Positions 1-11,801 are shown, counted from the stretch's first letter. The stretch is 64,000 bases of DNA from Dudresnaya verticillata (GCA_977862235.1 OZ374565.1:248001-312000); one strand, 5' to 3'. The notes: generated by a model not told the origin, from the sequence alone. A program made the numbers and translations.

Positions 1-92
1 AACTTGCGGGGAGGAAGGCTGAAGCGATTCAAAAGTCGAAAGAAGCGCTTGGATACAATGAAAGTCTTATTTCTCGAGTCGAACGGCTGTAA
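1..92 (+). CDS. 3' end of a duplicate of the unknown 194-aa ORF at 40285..40869 (cut by window edge)
   Basis: Identical to 40778..40869, ending ...SRVERL-TAA at 90..92. Confidence 0.5.
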   Translation, partial: LAGRKAEAIQKSKEALGYNESLISRVERL

Positions 93-1712
93 CACCCCAA
101 CAATGTGGAACGGGTTTGAAGAGCCGTAGTAGCTACTACAGTAACAACGTACCAATCTACCGAGATCATGGAAAGGCATGAGAAACTCTAAGCTCCCTGG
201 TCTTTCCCTTATGCGGGACAAACATAATCAAGATAGCTTTTCTTGACCCGAGTATAATTTGCCTACCTCGGTAATGATGTGAGTTCGTGGTGGCTGTTAA
301 CCGCCGTGCACTCTTTGACCGTTGCCTTTCACATGAATTGTAAGCAGGTCCCCTTAAGGGCTGTAGTCTTACCTATGCATAAAGGGCTCCCTCAACGTAT
401 TGTTTGCTTGTTTAGGCCAGGGCTTTGCCGCGTACTATTGCGGTCTATTTTTCGTCAGTATTGACAATATGCAGTAATATTGCAATACTGAGAGAAAGGG
501 CAATATTTATTGCTATTTGGTCCAATGTTTCACCAGATCGATTCCTCATATGCTCTATGAATTATATTCAGTCCAACGAGTCGGTATCACTATCATATTG
601 ATGACATTGATGTAGTAGACAGCACCCGGACCAACAGCATTAGTAGAATGTTGTCTGTCCAGTGTTCTCTCGATGACATATGAATGCAATCTTAGGCCCA
701 TTCGTTACTGTTTGGGTGCACTCCGACATATTCTATGAACAATTCCACGATACTTAACATATGCAGTGCAAGAGAGCAAACGTCTGGCCTTGGTAACTAC
801 TCTTGCTGTCGTTTTAAAGTGGACTCTTTTCTGTGTGTGAATCGTTTGATGCGTGTGTGTTGTGTCGTGCTGTCTATGTATGAACAGCCGAGGCTATGTA
901 GAGCCTCTTCGCCACAACAAAATACTACGAAAGGAATGTATCTGAGATATACTGGCACTACGAGCTGTCACAACGCTAGCGGTATATTATTGCCGTAGCT
1001 TTGGTGACACTCTACTATCAGAATGCAGCTGCAGTATTCGTGGAGTGCACTCTCTTACATGCAATACTTAGACAACTGCCCTATACATACATATATATCT
1101 ACTATTGAGATATATATTCAACTATATAAATAGTAGCATCTTTTCAGTCTGAAGACTATTTCCATAATGGCCTCGTTCTTTTCGTAATGGAACTGATACG
1201 GCGTTACCAGGAGCACTGTTCCTTAACACAAGCAGCATTTCTTATCTCTCAACTTTTAATTCCTTAAAAGAAATACGTCAGCAGGCTGTCGACATCAAGA
1301 AAGAGACGACCGCATTTCGAAGCCCAGCATTTGAAGGTTGTCAAGGTACAACCGAGTAAAGGCTTAGAAGCCTTTAGGGTTACGGTACCTAATTACAGTG
1401 TCTTACACCTGGTGATATCGAAAGTGCAGAGTTTGTATGGATCTGGGGCGAATCAGTAGTTCCGGAGAGAGAGGACGAGTTTGAAGGTCCAGTGGAAGGT
1501 ATAGAACGTACCCCATTGTGCACCCATTGCCCGAGAAGCACAAACATACGATTTTATGGCAGTGCAAATCCACAAGGGGTCCCCAATATCTGATCTGATT
1601 GTCGGCGACAGGCCGTCTGCTCGACATCGCCTGATAGAGCGTGATGCGAGGACGTGAGAATATTAATTTCTATCACAGATTCGAGTCTGTCTGGGTGTGG
1701 TGCAGTTGACAG

Positions 1713-2322
1713 TGTTACACATAGCGCTCGCACTGTTTGGGAGTACTCCCTACAATGGGATCCCAAAGCGCACACGCGACGCTGCAGGGTAATTCCCTAG
1801 AATGGGAGCCTGCTGGGGAACGCACTGCTGAACAATGGCAGACCCCACGGCCGATCATGGCTATCGCGCACAGACCTGGTGAACCTGCACAAGGCAGAAC
1901 TGCCGGTCTGACAAGGCGAATTTGCGTCCCTTCGGACAACCCTCTACATCTTATTGGCTAACGCTCAGGGTCCCCTGACAACAGGGTTCAGACCTGAATG
2001 ACTTTCCGTCCGTCCCCGACCCACTGTGGGACGGCGGGTGTGAACACATCCACCTGTTCAGGTCTATCTGACTTGGAGCGGATCCCGCGAGCATGCGGGC
2101 CACAAATACTGTGGGTCGCTTTGAGCCGTCCGGCTGTAGAAATAATAAAGCCAGCACGCTGGCGTCGAACGACGAAGACGAGGGACAACACACCACTCCT
2201 CATCCACGCCGTGACTTTGCCCTCCACTTTGCCAACCCCAACTTTCTCTCTACCGACCTTTTACTTTTCCTTTTCGCGTTCGCGATCTACTGCTTCGAAG
2301 GCAAAAGCGGTTACGCGTCACA
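1713..2322 (+). repeat. Element A 5' LTR
   Basis: TG..CA ends; about 8 substitutions (by eye) versus the 3' LTR. Confidence 0.95.
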
Positions 2323-2372
2323 GTAATTACTTTTCCCCGGAGTAGTTTCGTTTTTGTTGACGAAGCGAGATT

Positions 2373-4138
2373 GTGTTCACGGTGACCAGCACTAGGAGTG
2401 CTACGAATGGATCCAATGCCCAAGATTCATGCACAAAATCCGTGTCCGTCAGACGATCGTCGAAACGGTGGAAGCGAAGGCTGATAGGACTGTCAACGGC
2501 TGACTTCGTCTTGTTCAAGCACGATCGCGAGATCTATGAACGACGAGTCGCTGAGAAGAATTCGGATCCGAATGTTAAGATCCAGCTTACGACCTACAAG
2601 GACTCTATTCTACCTGCTGTGCTGGAGATCTTCGCACTAGGTGACTGGGTTCCGATGGACACCATTGATGACATCTGTAGTAGAATGGCTTTGAAGCCAA
2701 CAGAGACGGCGACACGGCACGACAGCTGTCCTCAAAGAGCGATCCCACTCGCGTGGTTGGTAGCTCGGTAAAGGGGTGGTAGAGACTTGAAAGGGCTTAA
2801 AGCCCTAACAAAGGAAAAAGGGATAGGCGAACCCTGCTGAATAGAGCAATTCGTCGTAGACGACAGGGCTTGTAGACGCCCAAAGGGAAGTTGTAGCGGT
2901 AGCACCGTAAGCGTCCAAAAAGGGGAAAACCCAAGGCACAGACCGCTGCCGGTTTAGTGCCGGGCCCCTGCTACTCAGGGGCCCCATAAATACAGCGAGA
3001 GCCGAAAAGTGCTCCTCGCTCAGTTAGAGCTCTATGGCTAATACTTAGCTAATACTGTACAATACAGGTACGATATATCCTTAGATAGGAATGAGTGGTC
3101 AGGCCACAAGGCCCGCGCGGCGCCACTGTCAGGCGCCGTGCGGCAAACATCCGCCAGCAATGCATGGCGCGATGGTGCGGCCATGGTTAATCCCCAAATG
3201 GAACAGGGCCATATTATCTGGAGCAGTGTGCCCTACAGATCAACTCTGTACACGTGTTGCCTTACAGCGCAGGAGCGTTCCAGCAATGAAATCAATCGGA
3301 GCACCAGCCATGTCATCCAGGCAGTTGTGCGCCCGTCATTCCTTACAGAGGACTCGTGTCCACGTGGCTCCTTACAGGGCGTCAACGCCCGTTGTACCAC
3401 AACATCACGGAGAACCATCTTGAGGACTGTGTGGCCAAGCAGGCTGTAGTTAATCCTGATGATTATGATCTTGGAAAGCTCGATGATTCCCTCAATGACT
3501 AGAAGCTCGGACGAGCGGATAGTGAACACAACCTAGAAGCCCAAGTTTAGCAGCTGATCTTTGAATACACCAAGATCTTACAGAACTGTGGTTACAATAA
3601 GTTTGCCGAACGGCACCCGAAGCTTGCCGTGGAGCACATACTGAAGCGTATCACTCACCCGTTCCTGAAGAACCGCATGATCATGACTGCGCGTCTGAAG
3701 AAGGACAGGGACTTTCACAAGAACTTCAAAGTTTTCGTACGAGAACTCGCGAAGGAGGCGCGGCTGATCGACCGCATGAACGCCGCCAAGAAATACAAAG
3801 CGCCCGCTACCGCTTTCGACAAGTTTGCTACTCGTGTTGCGGATGATCCGCCGCCGACGGCGCCATACCGATCGGGTAGTTCCGGTTCCGGACGTAAGAA
3901 TAAGAACCGTTGTAATAAAGGTGGTGCATCTGGCAGTACTGCAGAAGATGGGAACCACAATCAAGACAAACCGTTCGGTGGTAACGATGGCAGAGGTAAA
4001 CACTTTCGCGAACCTCCCCATTGTCTCAACCCAAAGTGCGACAAGCGCCATTGGGTTGATGACTGTGAAATAACTGCGGACGCAGAGAAGAAACGTCTCA
4101 AGGATGAGTGCCGTGCGCGTTCGCAAGCGCGCAAGTGA
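2373..4138 (+). pseudogene. gag: Element A gag (split by a solo LTR; two in-frame TAG stops)
   Basis: Removing 2676..3406 rejoins the frame: MDTIDDI-TENHLEDCVAKQ...KLAVEHILKRITHP. C-terminal knuckle-like CLNPKCDKRHWVDDC. Lies upstream of the protease. Confidence 0.8.
2676..3401 (-). mobile_element. Solo LTR (726 bp) inserted in element A gag
   Basis: TGTAGTAG..GTACCACA with perfect 5-bp TSD ACATC (2671..2675, 3402..3406). Resembles the reverse complement of the LTR at 20139..20939. Confidence 0.92.
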
Positions 4139-4210
4139 TCGAAGCAGGACTCAGAGAAGCGAGAAAACATCGGATCTGTAGAACTACCTACCGAAGGAGA
4201 ACACACTTCA

Positions 4211-5240
4211 ATGTTCTCAGCCTCATTCTGTTCAGGTGCTGTAGAGGTGTCCGCCTTAACCGATCAAGGTTCGGATGCTAATCTAATTTCACCATCAGTA
4301 CTGAAGGAGATCTTACAGGCTGACCCAGATGTTCGAGTTGTGACTCTACCAAAGAAGCTGGAGTTCTCCAATGCTCATTCTTCTGCTGTGAAGATCACGT
4401 GCAGCAGGCAAGTATCCGCTGACGTAATGCTACGCGTACGCCATGGTACGAACCTCATGTTGCGAGGAATGAAGTGGCTGGTCACAAACGCTGCAGTACA
4501 GCACGTTTATGTCGGACGACATGTTCTCGCGTCTATAGGGTTGAACAACCGTGTCATGCTCGAGTTCGCGGCTGATAGATTCGGAGGAGTCGTCGACGTC
4601 CCAGAAGTTCTTCATAAGGATGGGAGTGGCGACAATCCTTGCGCCGACGCCGGTGCGTCTATCCATGGAATCCTTCGCGAACGCGGTTTGGATTTCGGAA
4701 GCACCTTCCACAGCAAAGGGGGTGCTGAGGACGATCAACTCGAAGACAGTAACGTCTACGTCGATCTTGGCGAGGACTCGCCGGATGATTTGAAACAGGC
4801 GATCGCCGCAATGGTCGAAGACGCTCGCAACAATGGACTGAGCGATACCGGAGCCGAACGGCTGACCTCTATCCTGGACAGGTACCCGGTTTTCGGATTC
4901 GGCTGGGCAAATCCCAACCAGTCGACGTTCCGCCAATGAGGGTACGACGTCAACAAGGATACCGACCGGTACGTTTGAAAGCAAGGAGATACTCCGGTGA
5001 ACAAAGGAACTTCCTGAACGCGCGCGTCGTACGCGTACGTGGATCGGCTCAAGGAGATGGAATTTTCGAGGAGATGACAACCGCCGAATGGCAAGCGGCA
5101 CCTCTCCTTGTGCCGAAGCCTGTTTGCAGAGCTGGGTATCGTATGACCGTGGACCTTCGCCCGGTCAATGGCGCGACAATCAAAGAGTCGTGGCCAATGC
5201 CTCATCTGGACAGCGAGGTGTATGATTTCTCAGGGAGCAC
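4211..5240 (+). pseudogene. pol: Element A pol, aspartic protease and N-terminal RT (frameshifted)
   Basis: Protease motif ALTDQGSDANLI. RT motifs WQAAPLLVPK, YRMTVDLRPVN, WPMPHLD. Interrupted at 5241. Confidence 0.9.
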
Positions 5241-6079
5241 TGTGGTGCAAGGGAAGGGCTGCCCCTTTTTCGCTGTGAGCGTATTATATGCCAACGTCTA
5301 CCGACGGCACGTCGACCGCCGTTGGCGCGCGAACACGTCATGGACGGTTGGCCCACGGGCATACGGCCGCCGTTACCCGGCGCGGCGCACGCGCCCACTG
5401 TACGGCCAGATCCAGATGCACGATCCGGATCGGCCAGGCGCAAGGCGCACGCCTGTAAGCCTGGCCCGGATCCGGATCGGATCCGGATGGGACATCGGGA
5501 TCCGGCATCGGGATCCACAGTGATGTAAGGAGCGCGTCTGTAATGGCCGCGCGCCAGCAATGCTGGTAGGGATCTGGATCCGAATCCGGATCACCCACAA
5601 TGCTACACGCATGCGCCTATAAGCTACTCCTGAGCTCCCGCGCGCGCGGCTGCATGGCGACGACGACGTGTCAGACACTCGACGACGCGACACGCGTCCT
5701 GAGTCCCCGCGCACCGCGCCTGCCGCCGTCACTCACGTAGTATATGAGGTAATCCGTCTGAGACGCTGAGTAAATCCCGGACAAGCCGGCCTTGGTCCAG
5801 ACTTCCCCGTTCCGCACGCGCGTACCCTACCGCTGCCTACGGCTAAGCGTCTACCTCCCGTGCTTCTACGTCTACCATCGTCCTTGACGTGCTCCCTTTC
5901 TGTTTCCTTTCCCCTTCCTTCACACCTTCCGCCTCGGGCGTCTACAGTCCGCCCAAGGCGTGCCCCTTTTGCTCTACCAACAACTCGCCCACGGCGGGAC
6001 CACCTACCGCCAAGGGCGCAGCTACCCACCGAGCCCCGCACTGCTCGGCGGTCTATCGTCTCGGACGTTTTGCACCACA
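5241..6079 (+). repeat. Element D 5' LTR (839 bp)
   Basis: Short inverted ends TGTGGTGCAA..TTGCACCACA, followed by a PBS, a leader and a possible gag start (6207, MASRPPPSRG). Confidence 0.8.
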
Positions 6080-6081
6080 TC

Positions 6082-6094
6082 TGGTCTCCCGACC
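6082..6094 (+). promoter_or_regulatory. Primer-binding site of element D (TGGTCTCCCGACC; tRNA-Tyr-like 3' end)
   Basis: TGG-start motif 2 nt after the LTR end; the same motif follows the E LTR at 7160. Complements a tRNA ending ...CGGGAGACCA, as yeast tRNA-Tyr does (from memory). Confidence 0.7.
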
Positions 6095-6283
6095 TAAAAT
6101 TGTGCTACGTTTCAACGAGTTACTCCGTCGTGCGACGTCCGACTCTTCGTCTTCAGACGTTTGTCGCTAATCGTCCACGACGTTCAAGCAACTCTACGAT
6201 TGTATCATGGCCTCACGACCGCCGCCGTCGAGAGGCCCAAGTTCAAGAAGACCGTCTTCGACGCCAGGGAGTGTACCCGCGTC

Positions 6284-6575
6284 ACAAGCGCCCTCGGAAT
6301 GCAGCCGCGCGCCTGACACATTTGCCCACGCCACCGCGCGCGCCGCGCTAATGCTTACACCTACACGTGTTCACACACCGCGCTTACAGACTCTTGGTCC
6401 CATTGTCCTCCGCTGCCCTGTGACACGTGCCACGTGTGCAAGTATGCCACGGGGCGCAGCAGCGTGACCCAGTAACTACACCTCACGCGTTCTCTCAACC
6501 CGACATTGCCGTCACTATCCGCTGTGAGCGGGAGGTCTGGTTCTTGACCAAGTTGCCCGACAAAGTCGAATGACT
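6284..6575 (-). repeat. Inverted fragment of element E LTR
   Basis: Reverse complement of about 10963..11254. Confidence 0.85.
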
Positions 6576-7578
6576 GTGTCAGGCGCGCGGCTGCATTCCG
6601 AGGGCGCTTGTCACACGCACGACGGAACGACACGTGTCCTGAGTTCCCGCGCGCCGCAGCGCCACCGCCGTCGCCCACGCAGCAGTAGTAATACTTAGGT
6701 AACCCGTCTAGGACGTCCCAGTAAACCCCGGCAAGCCGGTATGCCTTCACACTTCGCCCCTTCGCTCGTTAGCGTCACTGCCGCTACCGACGTTGGCTAC
6801 GCGTTGCGACGATCGCGCTTCCGCGTCAATGTCCGTCTTTGACGTGTATCCCCTTTTGTTTTCCCCCTTTATGGCCTTGGTAGCCGAATGCCCCTTCCCG
6901 CTAGTGTGTGCGTCGCCACCGCTTCCGTTAGGCAAAGCGTCGGTACCACCGTCCCTCCACGTGCAACACCGTCGTTGACGTGTTTCCATTTCCGTCTTGT
7001 CTCGTTTCTTTGGTTTCGATCTACCTACCGCCCAGGGAGTTTACAGTCCGCCTTGTGGCGTTGTCCATGCTCTACCACCCCTACCGTCTCTGACGTGCTA
7101 CCCGCCGGGTCTCGAACTGCTCGGGCGTGCTTTTCCGTCCTAGACGTTTTGCACCACATTGGTCTCCCGACCTAGAAAGTGCTACGTTTCTACGAACTGC
7201 AACGTCGTGCGACGACCGATCAACCGCTTTCAAAGCGTTTCGCTACTCGTCCACGACATTTTTCTACATTTTTGAGAATACTGTGGGTTCGTCCCGACCA
7301 TCACTGTCTCCTGGGTCCTCTTCAAGGCGCCCGTCATGGACGATTGGCAGTGAGCCATCGTTCGAATGGTCAAGACGCATGACGATGAAGTCGGAATACC
7401 GTGTCCGCCCCGTGTTTGCTTCGGCTCTCCCGGCTATGCCGATACGCGACGTTTCCGACCGTTCGCCTAACAGGGGATCGTTATATCCCCTGCCGAACGT
7501 GTCGTCATCCGTATTTCCGCCTCTGGCGAGTCTGCCCTCCGTGCATCCGAGCGCTCAAGTTCAAGTCGAACAATAGAG

Positions 7579-10062
7579 CGTCGATGACGGAGCTCAAGCC
7601 GGCTTGGCCGAGGATCCACTGGATATTGTGATTCCGGACACCCATCCCACCAAAAACGTCGTTGACGTTCAAGACCGCAGTACGCACCAATACGTCTTTG
7701 ACGATTCATCGGTTCGACAGAGTCGGTGTAACACTTACCCGTCTTGAGACGTTGGAAAAATATCGAAATCGGGCCCTCCGGGGTCTCCACTTGGTTGTTG
7801 ATCGTTGTTGACGTTCTGCACGCGACTTCGCGTTCCATGCCCGGCGTGCCGCTTTGCACCGTCACAGACGATTCATTCGCATGGTTACTCACGACATGTG
7901 GACCATGTTGCCTTTTCCGTCACGGACGATCACCGATGCGTAGTCAGCCGCACTATTTCGCTTAAGCGATTGATACCGTCATCGACGCTTGGAACGCGAC
8001 CAACCGTCTCATGGCGCATTTTAGCGTCAAAGACGATTCTTGGATCGTGGTTACTCACGCCATACTGTGTTTTCCATCATCGACGATTGCAGACTCGTGA
8101 TCACCCGATCCCTCTTGCGGTATATCGTCGTCGACGTCGAGTACACAGAAGCCTGGCACATGTGGTTTCCTTATCGTCATGGACGTTTCATGCCACGATA
8201 ATATCGGTGCCATGCTGCTCTCTACCGTCACCGACGATTCCCGCTCTGCTGCAACCGGCCTATTGCCTTGATATCCCGTCAATAACGTTTCGCCGTATTC
8301 GCTTTGCGACATGTTGCTTTTTACCGTCATTGACGTTTCCTGCTCTTCAGTCGCGCGGTGAAGCCCACGCAACGTCGCTTTATACCGTCACTGACGCTTT
8401 GCAGCACTTGGTACCCGTGGTCACAAGCAAAGACAGCTTCGTATCGTCTTCGACGTTTCGTATCGTCATCGACGTTCTAGTGCATTCGGTCAGCCACTTA
8501 GTGCGATATAGCACCGTCGTCGACGTTCTCCGGCTCGTGGTCATCCGAAACGTGCCGTTTCCTGTCGTCATCGACGTTTCGTATCGTCATTGACGTTTTG
8601 GTGCGGGTCGCGGCTCGCACACGGCTCGCACAACCCTGTGCTATGCCGAAATACGCCGTCACAGACGTTCTGCCGTTGCGCGTTCACTCGCAGCACACAG
8701 AGACGTTTCCCGGCTTGCGAATCACCGCGCCATGCCAGCTCAATACCGTCATAGACGTTTTCCCGGCTCGCGGTAACCCGTGCAGTGCCATTTGGTGCCG
8801 TCGTCGACGTGCTCAGGCTCGCGGTCTCCGGCAACGGCGTCTTCGAATCGTCATCGACGTTTTGTATCGCTATTGACGTTTTAGTGCACGCGGTTGCCCT
8901 CCTCGAGCCACACCTCACCGTTGTCGACGTCTTAAGGATCGCGGCACCCGCAAAGTGCTGCTTCATACCGTCATCGACGTTGCGTGTCGTCATTGACGTT
9001 ACGTGCACGCGATCACACGCGAACTGCCAAGTTTACCGTCACAGACGTTTGCAGACTCACGGACAGCTGCCATGTGCCGCTTCGTACCGTCATTTCACAG
9101 TCATGGACGTTTTGGTACTCGGGGTCAACCGCATGTGCCGCCTCGTGCCGTTACCGACGTTGAATATCGTCATTGACGTTTTGTTGTACTCGGTAACCCA
9201 TGCCGTTCCACTTCGTACCGTCATGGACGTCTCATATCCTCATCGACGTTTTTAGTAGGGGCAGGCTCCTAACACGGCCGCTCAATATCGTCATCGACGT
9301 TGCATACCGTCATTGACATTTTGGTCAACGCGGTCACTCTTGTCGACCCCTTTTGCAACGTTGTCGACGCTCAATAGCGTCATTGACGTTTGGGACACGT
9401 GGTTACCTCCACTGTGCACCTTTTCACCGTCGTCGACGTTTGAACGTTCGTGGTCCACCCGGTCACCCGCCACAGCTGCTTCTTATCGTCATCGACACTC
9501 AATGTCGTCATCGACGTTTTGGGGCACGCGCTTACCTGCGAAGTGCCCCGTTTCACCGTCATCGACGTTGGCACGTTCGTGGTCACCCTGAACGAGCCGC
9601 TTCGTATCGTGATAGACGTTGCATATCGTCATTGACGTTTTCGTTCTCGGGTAAGCAGAAATGTGCCGAATCTTATCGTTATCGACGTTACATATCGTCA
9701 TTGACGTTTGAGGCCACACGGTGATCCGCCGCGGCCGCTTTGCATCGTCATTGACGTTTTCCGGCTGAGGCGCACTCGCGCCCTGCCGCGCTATATCGTC
9801 CGAGACGCTTCCGGGCTGGCGCACAACTGCGCCATCCCAGGATATACCGTCTCAGACGTTTTCTGGCTGGCGCACACCCGCGCCATGCCGCGCTATATCG
9901 TCCTAGACGCTTCCCGGCTGGCGCACACCTGCGCCATCCCAGGATATACCGTCTCAGACGTTTTCCGGATGGCGCACACCCGCGCCATGCCGCACAATAT
10001 CGTCACAGACGTTTTCCGGCTGGGCCGCACCCGCGCCATGCCGCGCCATATCGTCAAAGACG
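7579..10062. repeat. Array of ~50 palindromic CGTC-NNN-GACG motifs, ~51-bp period with 19-bp doublets and variable spacers
   Basis: Motif starts include 7977, 8025, 8126, 8175, 8226, 8325, 8445, 8464, 8515, 8566, 8585. Exact 51-bp spacing at 9746, 9797, 9848, 9899, 9950, 10001, 10052. Confidence 0.93.
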
Positions 10063-10219
10063 CAACCGCACGCATTAGCGTTTTTCATACCATCCCTGAC
10101 GATCACGCCCGCCGATGGCGGTTCACTGCACGCCGCGCCGAACGTAAGAGCCCCCGACGCATGACTGGTGCGCTCCGCCTTACAGACGAATGGCCTGTGC
10201 ACAAGGAAATCAAGCGCTA

Positions 10220-10528
10220 ATTGGTGCGCTTCAGCTTACACCCAAATTGGATGGTGATTGGTGCGCTTCGCCCCGCGCGCAAATTGGACACTCATTGGTG
10301 CGCTTGAGCTTACAGGCACGTGACCTGTGCGCCAGGAAATTGAACGCCCATTGGTGCGCTTCGCCTTACACCCAAATTGCGCGCTCATTGGTGCGCTTCG
10401 CGCTGCACGCAAATTGGACGTTGATTGGTGCGCTTGGGCTTACAGGCACGTGACCTGCGCACACCCAAATTGAGCGCTCATTGGTGCGCTTCACGCCGCA
10501 CGCAAATTGAACGCTGATTGGTGCGCTT
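10220..10528. repeat. Array of 8 ATTGGTGCGCTT cores (37/37/56-bp units)
   Basis: Cores at about 10220, 10257, 10294, 10350, 10387, 10424, 10480, 10517. The 56-bp units carry CTTACAGGCACGTG. Confidence 0.9.
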
Positions 10529-10817
10529 CTGCATGCCGTCAAAATTTATCGTTTATTTATGCGCGTGGACGCCCGGCTACTGCGCAGCGCTGGTAGCCGC
10601 CCTACACGGGGATAACCGTCTTGGACGTTCTACCACCGGTGACCTCGGAGCCCTGGGCACACCGCTACTAGTGAATTGCTCAAGTCGTCTTATGACGGGA
10701 AACTCGGCAACGCCGCACGTCCTTGAGGGGAATGGAAGTGACATAACCACGGCACGGCCGGTAATAATACGTTCCTCACGAATTTGCTTCGCGTGTTCGC
10801 GTTTTGGAAGGGGGCCA

Positions 10818-11801
10818 TATGGTGCAAATTATCCAACGCCGCTGGCGCTCTGTACCGTCCTAGACGGATAGCTCCCGTCTTTGACGTTTCTACCGCCTTT
10901 GGCGACTGGGATTGAGCTCGAGGCGCGAACCCGCTCGTGATCCCTGTTTCCGCCGATGGCGCTAGTCATTCGACTTTGTCGGGCAACTTGGTCAAGAACC
11001 AGACCTCCCGCTCACAGCGGATAGTGACGGCAATGTCGGGTTGAGAGAACGCGTGAGGTGTAGTTACTGGGTCACGCTGCTGCGACCCGTGGCATACTTG
11101 CACACGTGGCACGTGTCACAGGGCAGCGGAGGACAATGGGACCAAGAGTCTGTAAGCGCGGTGCGTGAACACGTGTAGGTGTAGCATTAGCGCGGCGCGC
11201 GCGGTGGCGTGGGCAAACGTGTCAGGCGCGCGGCTGCATTCCGAGGGCGCTTGTCACACGCACGACGGAACGACACGTGTCCTGAGTTCCCGCGCGCCGC
11301 AGCGCCACCGCCGTCGCCCACGCAGCAGTAGTAATACTTAGATAACCCGTCTAGGACGTCCCAGTAAACCCCGGCAAGCCGGTATGCCTTCACACTTCGC
11401 CCCTTCGCTCGTTAGCGTCACTGCCGCTACCGACGTTGGCTACGCGTTGCGACGATCGCGCTTCCGCGTCAATGTCCGTCTTTGACGTGTATCCCCTTTT
11501 GTTTTCCCCCTTTATGGCCTTGGTAGCCGAATGCCCCTTCCCGCTAGTGTGTGCGTCGCCACCGCTTCCGTTAGGCAAAGCGTCGGTACCACCGTCCCTC
11601 CACGTGCAACACCGTCGTTGACGTGTTTCCATTTCCGTCTTGTCTCGTTTCTTTGGTTTCGATCTACCTACCGCCCAGGGAGTTTACAGTCCGCCTTGTG
11701 GCGTTGTCCATGCTCTACCACCCCTACCGTCTCTGACGTGCTACCCGCCGGGTCTCGAACTGCCCGGGCATGTTTTTCCGTCCTAGACGTTTTGCACCAC
11801 A
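10818..11801 (+). repeat. Element E 3' LTR (984 bp)
   Basis: PPT upstream; 11219..11801 repeats 6576..7158. Confidence 0.85.

Larger units (their letters stand above)
6576..11801 (+). mobile_element. Element E: non-autonomous (LARD-like) LTR element related to D, with repeat arrays in place of gag/pol
   Basis: Partial 5' LTR 6576..7158 ending TTGCACCACA; PBS at 7160; arrays 7579..10528; PPT GGAAGGGGG before the 3' LTR 10818..11801 (TATGGTGCAA..TTGCACCACA). No RT or IN motifs inside. Confidence 0.85.

Noticed and set aside
279..1700. Short ORFs and a possible MITE in the AT-rich flank
   Set aside because: No recognisable protein motifs. CAATA/TATTG repeats and TTAGGCC starts were seen, but no matching TIR pair.
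3578..5205. Long minus-strand ORFs opposite gag/pol
   Set aside because: Shadow frames of the retroelement coding strand.
7579..10062. CRISPR array
   Set aside because: The core is only ~11-15 bp and degenerate, 3' spacers are copies of each other, no cas genes are present, and the context is a eukaryotic LTR element.
7744..10220. ORFs over the array with repeating VIDV / TSMT peptides
   Set aside because: They are translations of the DNA repeat (51 bp = 17 codons), and their frames differ between copies.
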